A DNA stretch of 64,000 bases from Gemmatimonadales bacterium. Lineage in GTDB: Bacteria; Gemmatimonadota; Gemmatimonadetes; Gemmatimonadales; GWC2-71-9. The notes under the pieces are model-generated. The model had not been told where the DNA came from, did no database searches, and saw only the letters and a list, made by a program, of their open reading frames with translations. The translations under genes and the position numbers were made by a program. Numbering within the stretch: the stretch's first letter is position 1; every line of letters starts with the position of its first letter. The DNA is taken from the NCBI GenBank assembly GCA_037189525.1, contig JBBCJC010000005.1:672001-736000 (forward strand). The letters are read 5' to 3'. Positions 42,613 to 51,734 of this stretch are shown here, one piece after another.

Positions 42613-42858
42613 TCAGTGTCGTCGCTTGCCGGGCGACTCGCCGCCCCGCTCCGCCTGAGCCCGCTGACGCCGCCAGGCGCGCCGCTCGGTCGCCCCCTTG
42701 CCTTGCTCCGACGCCGGGCGCTCCGCTTCGAGTGCGCGGCTGTCGCCATCGGCTTGCGGTGACGGGCGCGGTTGCCGCGCTTCTCCACTCTGGGTACGAC
42801 GAACCTTGGCGGGCGTGCGGCGTGTCTGACGGCTCGGCATGATGTCCTCCTGGTACAC
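42613..42858 (-). CDS. Small basic low-complexity hypothetical protein
   Basis: AGGAGG SD before MPSRQ (42840); no motif. Confidence 0.35.
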   Translation of the reverse strand: MYQEDIMPSRQTRRTPAKVRRTQSGEARQPRPSPQADGDSRALEAERPASEQGKGATERRAWRRQRAQAERGGESPGKRRH

Positions 42859-43023
42859 GGGTTCGTAAAATGCAAAGCGGGCGACACCGCCACGATCCTA
42901 TCGTGACGCCATCGCCCGCATTCTCTGGCCGCGACTTCCGACCATCAACCGGACAATTTCAGCTTACCCCGTCGAGACGACCTCGCGCAAGCGCGAATAT
43001 CGACCATTCGAGCGGAGAGCTCG

Positions 43024-43884
43024 TCAGGCCGGTCCCGTTTCGATCGGGGTATCGCTCCGGCCGCCCCATTCGGTCCATGATCCGTCATAGACGGCATAGT
43101 CCCGATGTCCGGCAACCTCGAGCCCCAAGGCGAGCGCCGCCGCCGACACACCCGATCCGCAGGTCGCGATGACCGGCTTGGTGAGATCGATGCCGATCGC
43201 TTCGAAGCGGGCCTTGAGCTCGTCCGGCGGAAGGACCTTTCCGGACGCGTCCACCACCTGCGCAAAGGGAAAGTTCTTGGCGCCGGGAATGTGCCCGCCG
43301 GCCAGCCCGGCGCGAGGCTCGGGTTCGCGCCCTTCGAACCTGCCTGCGGACCTGGCGTCGACCAGACCGAGTGAGGTGTTTCCGACGGCGGAACGAACCT
43401 GATCGAGCGAACGCACCAGATCCGGCCGCAAGGTGGCCCGGAACGAGGCGGGCGCCCGCTCGACGTCACCGGACTCCTCTGCCCGTCCTTCGGCGCGCCA
43501 GCGAGCCATTCCGCCGTCGAGCACGGCGACCCGTTCATGACCGAGCACCCGGAAATGCCACCAGGCTCGGGGGGCGCTCAGATTGACCCCGGAGCCGTCG
43601 TAAACCACCACAGCGTCGGCATTGCTCACGCCGAGCGCGGCGATCCGTTCTCCCGCCTCCTCGGGCGCCGGAAGCATGTGCGGCAACGGCGATGACGTGT
43701 CGGACATCGCTTCGAGGTCCCAGAACAGTGCGCCCGGGATGTGACCGGCCCGGTACTCACGCAGCGGATCCCGGTTCATCTGTGGCAGGTACCACGAGGC
43801 ATCGAGCACGACCAGGCCCGGCCGGCCAAGGTGCTCAGCCAACCAGTCGGTGCCAACCAGGGGAACGGGAAGAATGATGGTCAT
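43024..43884 (-). CDS. sseA: 3-mercaptopyruvate sulfurtransferase
   Basis: 'LDASWYLP', 'LPHMLP', 'PRAWW', 'RFEGREPEPR', active loop 'TCGSGVSA', 'YDGSWTEWG'. Confidence 0.92.
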   Translation of the reverse strand: MTIILPVPLVGTDWLAEHLGRPGLVVLDASWYLPQMNRDPLREYRAGHIPGALFWDLEAMSDTSSPLPHMLPAPEEAGERIAALGVSNADAVVVYDGSGVNLSAPRAWWHFRVLGHERVAVLDGGMARWRAEGRAEESGDVERAPASFRATLRPDLVRSLDQVRSAVGNTSLGLVDARSAGRFEGREPEPRAGLAGGHIPGAKNFPFAQVVDASGKVLPPDELKARFEAIGIDLTKPVIATCGSGVSAAALALGLEVAGHRDYAVYDGSWTEWGGRSDTPIETGPA

Positions 43885-43934
43885 CGAAGGCCTTCCGGAT
43901 AGATTGCGGGAATGACTGAATCTGCCGAACCGCC

Positions 43935-44348
43935 ATGCCGATCGACAAGCTGATCCGACGCTTTCAGGCCGCCGACCGCGACACCCGCCTCGAAGCGCTG
44001 CTCGACGCGTCGCGCAAATTGCCGCCGGTGCCGGACCACCTGAACGCGGCGGCCGACCGGGAGGCACATCGGGTCACCGAATGCCAGACGCCCGTGTTTC
44101 TCTGGCTCGAACGGGAGGGCGACACCCTTCAGATCCATGCCGACGTTCCTCGGGAATCGCCCACGGTCCGCGGCTTCGTTGCCCTGCTGCTCCGGGAGCT
44201 CCACGGCGCCCCTCTAGCCGACGCGCGCGACCTGCCGCCCGACCTGCTGCACCGGCTCGGGCTGGACGAAGCGCTGGGTATGCTGCGGAGCCAGGGACTC
44301 ACCGCCGTGGTGCAGCGGATCCGCCGGGGAGCCGCCCAGCTCGAGTAA
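43935..44348 (+). CDS. sufE: SufE-family sulfur acceptor
   Basis: 'RVTECQTPVFL', 'ESPTVRGF', 'LGMLRSQGL'. Confidence 0.88.
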   Translation: MPIDKLIRRFQAADRDTRLEALLDASRKLPPVPDHLNAAADREAHRVTECQTPVFLWLEREGDTLQIHADVPRESPTVRGFVALLLRELHGAPLADARDLPPDLLHRLGLDEALGMLRSQGLTAVVQRIRRGAAQLE

Positions 44349-44382
44349 CCCCGCGCGGCCGATCAAAGCGTCGCCAACCTGC

Positions 44383-45474
44383 CTAACGATTCTCCCGCTC
44401 GAACCGCTTCATGAAATCGACCAGGGCCACGACGCTCGCTCTCGGGCAGGCGTTATAAAGGCTGGCCCGCATTCCGCCGGCCAGACGGTGTCCCTTGAGC
44501 CCGATCAGGCCATTCCGTTCCGCTTCGGCACAGAACGCGGCCTCCTCCGCTTCGGTGCGAGCCCGGAAGCAGACGTTCATGGGCGACCGATCCGCAGCTG
44601 ACGCCGTGCCCCGGAAAATCACGCTCTGATCCAGAAAGTCGTAAAGCAAGCTCGCCTTTTCGAGATTCCGCTCCTGCATCGCCGCCAATCCGCCCGTTTC
44701 GCGAATCCAGGCGAGCACCTGCCCGACCAGGTAGATCGCCATGGTCGGCGGCGTGTTGTAGAGCGAGTTCGCTTTGACATAGGTCCGATACTGCAACATC
44801 GTCGGCAGCGTTTCCGGGGCCCACTCGGCCAGATCTTCCCGGATGATCACCATCACGATGCCGGACGGGCCTAGATTCTTCTGCGCACCGGCGTAGACCA
44901 GTCCATAGCTGCGCAGATCGATCGGCCGGCTGAACATGTCGCTCGACGTATCTGCCACCAGCACGGCGCCGGCGGGCACCGGCGGCTCCGACGCCCATTG
45001 GGTTCCGTAGATCGTGTTATTGGTCGTCAAATGCACATACACCGGGTCCGGTGAGTATCGGATACTGTTTACCGGCGGGATGGCGGCGTACCCGGTGGCC
45101 TCACCGGACGCCGCGACGTGCACTGCACCGAACTTGCGCGCCTCATCCAGCGCCTTGTCGGCCCAGACGCCGGTGACGAGAAAGTCGGCCGTCCGACCGG
45201 CGCGAAGCAGATTCATCGGCACCATCGCGAACTGCTGCGATGCGCCGCCCTGGATGAATAGGATCCGATAGTTATCCGGGATGCCCGCCAACCGGCGCGC
45301 TTGGGCGTCCGCATCGGCCAGGATCTTCTCGAACAGTTTGCCCCGGTGGCTGTGCTCCATGATCCCGACGCCGGAACCACCGATGTTCCAGAGATCCTGC
45401 TGTGCCTTGCGCAGCACGGGCTCGGGCAACACCCCGGGCCCGGCGTTGAAGTTGGGAATCCGATCCGACGGCAT
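44383..45474 (-). CDS. serC: Phosphoserine aminotransferase
   Basis: 'NFNAGPGVLP', 'EHSHR', 'QGGASQQF', 'GAQKNLGPSG', 'NTPP', 'KGHR..GGMRASLYNA'. Confidence 0.97.
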   Translation of the reverse strand: MPSDRIPNFNAGPGVLPEPVLRKAQQDLWNIGGSGVGIMEHSHRGKLFEKILADADAQARRLAGIPDNYRILFIQGGASQQFAMVPMNLLRAGRTADFLVTGVWADKALDEARKFGAVHVAASGEATGYAAIPPVNSIRYSPDPVYVHLTTNNTIYGTQWASEPPVPAGAVLVADTSSDMFSRPIDLRSYGLVYAGAQKNLGPSGIVMVIIREDLAEWAPETLPTMLQYRTYVKANSLYNTPPTMAIYLVGQVLAWIRETGGLAAMQERNLEKASLLYDFLDQSVIFRGTASAADRSPMNVCFRARTEAEEAAFCAEAERNGLIGLKGHRLAGGMRASLYNACPRASVVALVDFMKRFERENR

Positions 45475-45485
45475 ACGGTGGGAAC

Positions 45486-46712
45486 TCAGTCGAGGCTGTG
45501 GATGAAGAGACCGCTCTTGAGCTTGGGTTCGAACCAGGTCGTCTTTGGCGGCATGATGCCGCCTCCGTCCGCGACGGTCATGACCTGGTCGATGCGCACC
45601 GGATGGAGCAGAAAGGCAATCGCGGCCCGTCCGCCGTCGACCAGGCGCTCGAGTTCGCGTGCTCCGCGAATCCCCCCGACGAATTCGATCCGCGGGTCGG
45701 CCCGGATGTCGCCGATGCCCAGGATCGGCGCCAGCACCCGATCATACAGCAGCTCGGCATCCAGCGATTTGATCGGATCACGCGCATTGATCGTCTCGGG
45801 ATCAATGGCCAGGCGATACCACTGTCCCGGCAGATAGACCCCGAACACGCCGGAACTCGTCTCCGGCGCCGCCGCGACCGCGTCGAACGAACCGAGTTGG
45901 GCCAGTTCGGCCCGGACGTCATCGACCGGCTTGCCGCCCAGATCGCGCACCGCCCGATTGTACGGCATGATCGACAGCTGCGCAGCCGGGAACAGCACGG
46001 CGAGAAACCAGTTGTACTCTTCGAGCCCGCTGTGACGGGGGTTGGCGGCCCGACGTTCCGTGCCGGCGCGCCAGGCCCCGGCTGACCGATGATGTCCATC
46101 GGCGACATAAGCCGCTGGAATACGGCGAAAGGCGTCGAGATACGGGTCGGCATTACGAATCGTCCAGACCCGGTGGCGCACTCCGTCGTCCGAGGTGAAG
46201 TCATAAGCCGGCAAGCCGCGCATCACGTCCGCGTTGAGCCGGTCGAGATAGGGCTGTCCCTCATAGGTCAGGAACACCGGCTCCGCATGGGTATTGGTCA
46301 CCAGCACGTGGCGGGTCCGGTCGTCTTCCTTGTCGCGCCGAGTCCGCTCGTGCTTCCTGATGACATCCTGCTCGTAGTCGTCGATGTGGACGCAGCCGAC
46401 CACGCCGACCTGGGAGCGGCCGTCCATCACCTGCTCATACACATAGAGCGACGGGTCCCGATCCTGGATCAGGGTCCCGTCGCTCATGAAGGCCTTGAGA
46501 TTGTCGCGCGCCTTGAGATAGACACGCTCATCGTACGACGACACCTCTGCCGGCACATCGATATCCGACCGGCAGATATGCAGAAAGCTGAACGGATTGC
46601 CTTTGGCTAACTGGGCCGCCTCCGCGCGATCGACGACATCGTACGGCGGAGCAGCGACCCGAGCGGCGATCGCGGGGTCAGGCCGCCACGCACGGAACGG
46701 TTTGAGACGAAT
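45486..46712 (-). CDS. DUF1015-like protein, probable ATT start
   Basis: Frame is open upstream of the tracked start: IRLKPFRAWRP...APPYDV...GNPFSFLH; also 'KHERT', 'YVADGHHR', 'MPPKTTWFEPK'. Confidence 0.88.
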   Translation of the reverse strand: MRLKPFRAWRPDPAIAARVAAPPYDVVDRAEAAQLAKGNPFSFLHICRSDIDVPAEVSSYDERVYLKARDNLKAFMSDGTLIQDRDPSLYVYEQVMDGRSQVGVVGCVHIDDYEQDVIRKHERTRRDKEDDRTRHVLVTNTHAEPVFLTYEGQPYLDRLNADVMRGLPAYDFTSDDGVRHRVWTIRNADPYLDAFRRIPAAYVADGHHRSAGAWRAGTERRAANPRHSGLEEYNWFLAVLFPAAQLSIMPYNRAVRDLGGKPVDDVRAELAQLGSFDAVAAAPETSSGVFGVYLPGQWYRLAIDPETINARDPIKSLDAELLYDRVLAPILGIGDIRADPRIEFVGGIRGARELERLVDGGRAAIAFLLHPVRIDQVMTVADGGGIMPPKTTWFEPKLKSGLFIHSLD

Positions 46713-46795
46713 CGGTCACTCCCGGACCCAAGGTCCCTGGATCAAGCGAAAACTGTCCTCGAACCGTGCATCCTAGCGGGCGGCCTTTTCCTCCG

Positions 46796-48448
46796 TCAAG
46801 GGCGAGCGCCGCGGGTAAATACGACGTTCCGAACCCGCCCGCCAGACACCCGAAATCCGGTCACTCGACCACCGGTCTTGAGAAACCGCATGGTGCCGGC
46901 GCGCTGCGCCTGGAAGGCGTCGGGATAGAGCGGCCGCATCGGGAAGGTGCCGTGTTTGAAGGTCTTGACGACCAGGCCGCTGTCGCCCTGTTCGATCCGA
47001 TAACTCACCCGAAGCTCATCGCTCCAGTAGTCACCGACGTACTGGGCCAGCGCCGCGCGATTCGGCTCGAAGGGCGGCATTTTGACCAGCGAGTCGGCCA
47101 GTTTGCCACCGTCCAGAACACGGATTGCGACAGGCGCGCCGCCGGACGGTCCGACCAGAACCCCTTCGGAACCGCCCATCCGGATCCGGGAATCGTCGAT
47201 CGCATCCACCGGAAAACCGGGGCCGAACGCACCACCCACGAGCTTGCCGTCGTTCACCCGGTAAATGGTGGCCAGGTCGGAGCGCGAGGAGCGATAGACA
47301 CCGGCAATCGCCTGGGCGCGCGCGCCGGTCAACGCGTTCGGCTTGCGATCCGGAACCGGGGTGAGCTTATCGCCCAGGACGATGTCCGCTACCCCGCGCG
47401 AGTAGTTACCCGGCGTGGCCGCCGCGAAGTTGCACGCCACCGCGACATCCAACCCGTGCTCCGGGAACCGCACCACATCGGCCCGGTAACCGGCATCGGC
47501 GCCACCATGCCCGAAGACCGGCGTGCCACGATAGGTCCCCACCGAAATACCATAGCCGTAGTTGATCGAACGGCCGTCGTTCAGCACACCCGACGTCTCA
47601 GCTTCACGCAGCAGCGGCTTACCGAACACGGTTCCGGTCTCGAAGTTGTGCTGCCACTTGAGCAGATCCTCGACCGTGGTAAAGAGGCTGGTAGCCCCGT
47701 GCGTATCGAACTGGGGAATGCTCGACTTCCACACTCCGTTGACCTCCTGGTACGCCGCAGTGCGCCCGGGAACGACGAAGGTATGGTCATCGTGGACGTG
47801 GGTCCGGGTCATGCCGAGCGGCTTGAAGATGCGCTCGTCGGAAAGCTCACGAAGCGACTTGCCCGAGATCCGCTGCGCAATCACGGCGAGCAGCGTGTAG
47901 CCGCCGTTGCTGTAGCTGTACTCGTCGCCCGGGTTGAAGTTGAGCGCCTTCTGACGGACCAGGATGTCCATCACGTCGTCGTTGGTAAAGAGATCGGAGG
48001 GATAGCGCCATCCGGCGTAGCCCAACAATTCCCAGTGATCGCGCACCCCGGCGGTGTGATACATCAGCTGGCGCACCGTGTAGCGCGGATGCTCAGCCGG
48101 CAGCTCCGGAATGTGCTTCCGGACGTCGTCGTCGAGCGAGAGCTTCCCCTCCTGCGCCAGCCCAGCTACCGCGAGCGCGGCAAACTGCTTCGAGACCGAC
48201 GCCACGTGGAAGATCGATTGTGGCGTAATCGGGGTGCCCTGCTGCAGGTCGGACATCCCGTAGCCGCGGAGGTAGACCGGCTTGCCGGCCAGGCCGACAC
48301 CGACCGCACACCCCGGCCGGTTGGTGCCGTCGAAACGGGCAAAGACGCTGTCGATCTGACGGATCTGCGTGGGCGTGAGCGATTGCGCCACCAGCGGGGC
48401 CGCGCCCAGCACCGCCGGAAGAAGGAACGACACGAGTCGTCTGGTCAT
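46796..48448 (-). CDS. Serine hydrolase (beta-lactamase class C-like), secreted
   Basis: 'ASVSKQF' (SxxK), 'YSYSNGGY', 'GHGGA'. Confidence 0.9.
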   Translation of the reverse strand: MTRRLVSFLLPAVLGAAPLVAQSLTPTQIRQIDSVFARFDGTNRPGCAVGVGLAGKPVYLRGYGMSDLQQGTPITPQSIFHVASVSKQFAALAVAGLAQEGKLSLDDDVRKHIPELPAEHPRYTVRQLMYHTAGVRDHWELLGYAGWRYPSDLFTNDDVMDILVRQKALNFNPGDEYSYSNGGYTLLAVIAQRISGKSLRELSDERIFKPLGMTRTHVHDDHTFVVPGRTAAYQEVNGVWKSSIPQFDTHGATSLFTTVEDLLKWQHNFETGTVFGKPLLREAETSGVLNDGRSINYGYGISVGTYRGTPVFGHGGADAGYRADVVRFPEHGLDVAVACNFAAATPGNYSRGVADIVLGDKLTPVPDRKPNALTGARAQAIAGVYRSSRSDLATIYRVNDGKLVGGAFGPGFPVDAIDDSRIRMGGSEGVLVGPSGGAPVAIRVLDGGKLADSLVKMPPFEPNRAALAQYVGDYWSDELRVSYRIEQGDSGLVVKTFKHGTFPMRPLYPDAFQAQRAGTMRFLKTGGRVTGFRVSGGRVRNVVFTRGARP

Positions 48449-48464
48449 GAGATACCTGAGGTTG

Positions 48465-49769
48465 TTAACGGGAATCGTGGCGCAGGACCGCGCCGTGCTT
48501 CATCACGAATTGGACACCGCGGAGCGCCGAGACGTTGGTCAGGGGGTCGCCACCGACGGCGATCAAGTCCGCCAGCAGCCCCGGCCTGATTCGTCCTCGA
48601 TCCGCCAGATCGAGAATGTCCGCATTGCCACTGGTCGCCGCCTGTACGGCTGCCAGCGGCGACAAGCCATACTCCACCAGCATCTCCAGCTCACGGACGT
48701 TGTCGCCGTGCCGGAAGACACCCACATCACTGCCATTGCAGATCCGTACACCCGCATCGATCGCGGCGCGCACACTGGCCCGCTTCCGCGTAATGACCTC
48801 GGGCTCCGGATCGACACCCTTGCGCCATCCGCGGTATTGCTGGATCGCGTCACCCGCCGAGATCGTCGGGCACAGGGCGACCCCACGCTCGACCATCAGA
48901 CGGAACACCTCGGCCGTGCCGCCGTCGCCGTGCTCGATGGTTCGCGCGCCGGCGAGCGTGGCCCGGCGCATCCCTTCCGGGGTCGAGGTATGCACCACCA
49001 CATGACGGCCGCTGCTCGCCGCGGTTTCGACGATCCGGGTCAACTCCGCCAGCGAATAGGTCGGACGGGCTTCTCCGTTCGGGCCCCAGCGGTAGTCGCC
49101 ATAGACCTTGATCCAGTCGGCCCCGTTGCCGATCTGACGTCGGACCACCCGAGTCAGTTCCTCTTCGCCGTCCGCTTCCTCCGCACCTTGCGGCACCCGC
49201 CAGCGTGGATCGAAGCCCTTGGGAGCATAGCTCCCGGTGGCGATCAGAGCGCGCGTGGTCGCGAGGATACGCGGGCCGACGATGATCCCCTCGTCGACCG
49301 CCTGCCGAAGCCCGACATCCGCCTCATCTGCGCCCTCGGTGCCCAGGTCGCGCACCGTGGTCCAACCGGCCAGCACGGTGCTCCGCGCGTGATTGGTGGC
49401 CCGGGCCACCCGCAACGCCAGCGACTCTTTGAGCACCTGGTCGTTCCAGGGCGCTTCATCGTACGGATGAAGCAGCAGATGCGAATGCCCTTCGATCAAC
49501 CCCGGGAGCAACGTCAGACCCGGCAGCCTGATGACCGCGGCACCCGCCGGAATCTGACCGACCGGCCGAACCCAACTGATCCGAGCCCCCGTGACCCCGA
49601 CCGCATACCCGGTTCGTAGCGAGTCGCCGTCGAAGACCGCTCGCGGGGCGATGACCACGAGCGAGTCGCCGGGAGAACGCGACGGCTCGGCGGCGGCCGC
49701 CTGACCCGCCAGCAATACTGGCCACGCCGCTTTGACCAGTCCGCCCAACACGGCTGCCCACACGCGCAT
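48465..49769 (-). CDS. Amidohydrolase (Xaa-Pro dipeptidase-like)
   Basis: 'LPGLIEGHSH', 'TTVRDLG', 'GADWIKV', 'IEHG', 'GSDVG'. Confidence 0.88.
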   Translation of the reverse strand: MRVWAAVLGGLVKAAWPVLLAGQAAAAEPSRSPGDSLVVIAPRAVFDGDSLRTGYAVGVTGARISWVRPVGQIPAGAAVIRLPGLTLLPGLIEGHSHLLLHPYDEAPWNDQVLKESLALRVARATNHARSTVLAGWTTVRDLGTEGADEADVGLRQAVDEGIIVGPRILATTRALIATGSYAPKGFDPRWRVPQGAEEADGEEELTRVVRRQIGNGADWIKVYGDYRWGPNGEARPTYSLAELTRIVETAASSGRHVVVHTSTPEGMRRATLAGARTIEHGDGGTAEVFRLMVERGVALCPTISAGDAIQQYRGWRKGVDPEPEVITRKRASVRAAIDAGVRICNGSDVGVFRHGDNVRELEMLVEYGLSPLAAVQAATSGNADILDLADRGRIRPGLLADLIAVGGDPLTNVSALRGVQFVMKHGAVLRHDSR

Positions 49770-49842
49770 CGTTGCTCAAGTCTCGGGGAAGAGGTAACGT
49801 TAGCCCGGTTTGCCCTGCCACCCAAGACCACCGCGTTCATAT

Positions 49843-50118
49843 ATGTCAGATTCGCTCCGGGCCCTGGCCCGAACCCGCTGGCGTGTTGCAATCGGGCTCA
49901 CCCTGCTGATGATGCTGATCTACTTCGGCTTCATCCTGCTGGTGGCCTTCGATCCCTCGCTGATGGCCCGCCTGCTGGCGCCGGGACTGAGCCTGGGCAT
50001 CGCGATCGGCGCCTTCGTCATCGTCGCCGCCTGGATTCTGACTCTCGGGTACGTGCGGTGGGCCAACCGCCGCTATGACCCCGAGCTGGCTCGGCTCCGA
50101 AAGGACGCCAAGCCATGA
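49843..50118 (+). CDS. DUF485/YjcH-like membrane protein
   Basis: Two TM helices, 'YFGFILL', 'YVRWAN..YD'; ATGA overlap with actP. Confidence 0.88.
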   Translation: MSDSLRALARTRWRVAIGLTLLMMLIYFGFILLVAFDPSLMARLLAPGLSLGIAIGAFVIVAAWILTLGYVRWANRRYDPELARLRKDAKP

Positions 50119-51671
50119 CCCAGGAACCCGTGACCACCGCCATCGGCAATACCAATCCGGTCGCCATCGGCTTCTTCCTGGCGTTCATCTCGCTCACGTT
50201 GGGCATTACGTATTGGGCCGCCCGTCGAACCAAGACAACCGAGGAGTTCTTCGCCGCCGGACGCTCGATCAGCGCGGGCCAGAACGGCTGGGCCCTGGCC
50301 GGCGACTACATGAGCGCCGCGTCGTTTCTCGGCATCGCCGGCCTGGTCGCGACCACCGGCTTCGACGGCCTGATCTATTCGACCGGCTGGCTGGTCGGCT
50401 GGCCGGTGGTGCTGTTTCTGATTGCCGAGCCGCTCAGAAACTTGGGCAAATACACCTTCACCGACGTGGTCGCCCTGCACCGTCGGTCCAAGCCGATTCG
50501 TGTCGCGGCTGCAATCGGGACGCTGGCGACCGTGACGCTCTATCTGATCGCGCAGATGGTCGGCGCCGGCGGTCTGATCCGCCTGATGTTCGGGATCAAC
50601 TACGAAGCGGCCATCGTGCTGGTCGGCGCGGTAATGATCCTCTACGTGCTTGCCGGCGGGATGATCGCGACGACCTGGGTCCAGATCGTCAAAGCGGTGC
50701 TGCTCATTTCGGGCGCCACCATCCTGGTCGGGCTCGTACTGTTCCGCTTCGGGATGAGCCCCACCGCGCTCTTTGCCGCGGCGGCCGACCGGTTCGGCCA
50801 GGGTGTCCTGGCTCCGGGCCGATTGGTCACCAATCCCTGGGATGCGGTCTCGCTCGGCATGGCGCTGATGTTCGGCACTGCCGGGCTGCCCCATATTCTG
50901 ATGCGATTCTTCACAGTGCCGGATGCGCAGGCAGCGCGGAAGTCGGTTTTCTATGCGACTGGACTGATCGGGGCGTTTTACCTGCTCACGTTCGTGATCG
51001 GTTTCGGCGCCATGGTGCTGGTCGGACCCGACACCATTCGCGGCGTGGACGCCGGCGGCAACATGGCCGCGCCCCTGTTAGCCGAGGCGCTCGGCGGTAC
51101 GGCGTTTCTCGGCTTCATTGCCGCGGTGGCGTTTGCGACTATTCTGGCGGTGGTGGCCGGATTGACGCTGTCGGGCGCGGCGGCCCTCTCGCACGATCTC
51201 TGGGTCAATGTGGTGCGAGACGGCCATGCCACCAATCGCGAACAACTGGGTGTGGCGCGGGTGGCGACCATCCTGCTGGGGATCGTCGCCGTCTTGCTGG
51301 GCATCGTGTTCAAGGGGCAGAACGTCGCCTTCATGGTTTCGCTGGCCTTTGCCATCGCAGCAAGCGGCAACTTCCCGGCGTTGTGCCTGGCCGTCTTCTG
51401 GCGCCGTGCGACCACGACCGGCCTGCTCGCCAGCATGATCATCGGGACGATCACGACGCTGGCGCTGATCTACCTCTCGCCCACGATCCAGGTCGACATT
51501 CTGGGCAACACGTCCGCGCCGTTTCCACTCAAGAACCCGGCTGTCATCACGATTCCGCTTTCGTTCCTGGTCGGCGTCCTGGCATCGCTTGCCACGCAGC
51601 AACGGAGCGCGGACGAGATCCTTCGGTTCGAGGAGCGGGAGCGCCAGATGCACTGGGGCGACGGCGCCTGA
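50115..51671 (+). CDS. actP: Cation/acetate symporter (SSS family)
   Basis: 'QNGWALAGDYMSAASFLG', 'AEPLRNLGKYT', 'GTAGLPHILMRF', 'VAFATILAVVAGL'. Confidence 0.92.
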   Translation: MTQEPVTTAIGNTNPVAIGFFLAFISLTLGITYWAARRTKTTEEFFAAGRSISAGQNGWALAGDYMSAASFLGIAGLVATTGFDGLIYSTGWLVGWPVVLFLIAEPLRNLGKYTFTDVVALHRRSKPIRVAAAIGTLATVTLYLIAQMVGAGGLIRLMFGINYEAAIVLVGAVMILYVLAGGMIATTWVQIVKAVLLISGATILVGLVLFRFGMSPTALFAAAADRFGQGVLAPGRLVTNPWDAVSLGMALMFGTAGLPHILMRFFTVPDAQAARKSVFYATGLIGAFYLLTFVIGFGAMVLVGPDTIRGVDAGGNMAAPLLAEALGGTAFLGFIAAVAFATILAVVAGLTLSGAAALSHDLWVNVVRDGHATNREQLGVARVATILLGIVAVLLGIVFKGQNVAFMVSLAFAIAASGNFPALCLAVFWRRATTTGLLASMIIGTITTLALIYLSPTIQVDILGNTSAPFPLKNPAVITIPLSFLVGVLASLATQQRSADEILRFEERERQMHWGDGA

Positions 51672-51734
51672 GGTAGCGCTGGCACCACTCGTTCCATTCG
51701 GGCATCTTTGGAGACTCTTCTACCGGGATGCCCG

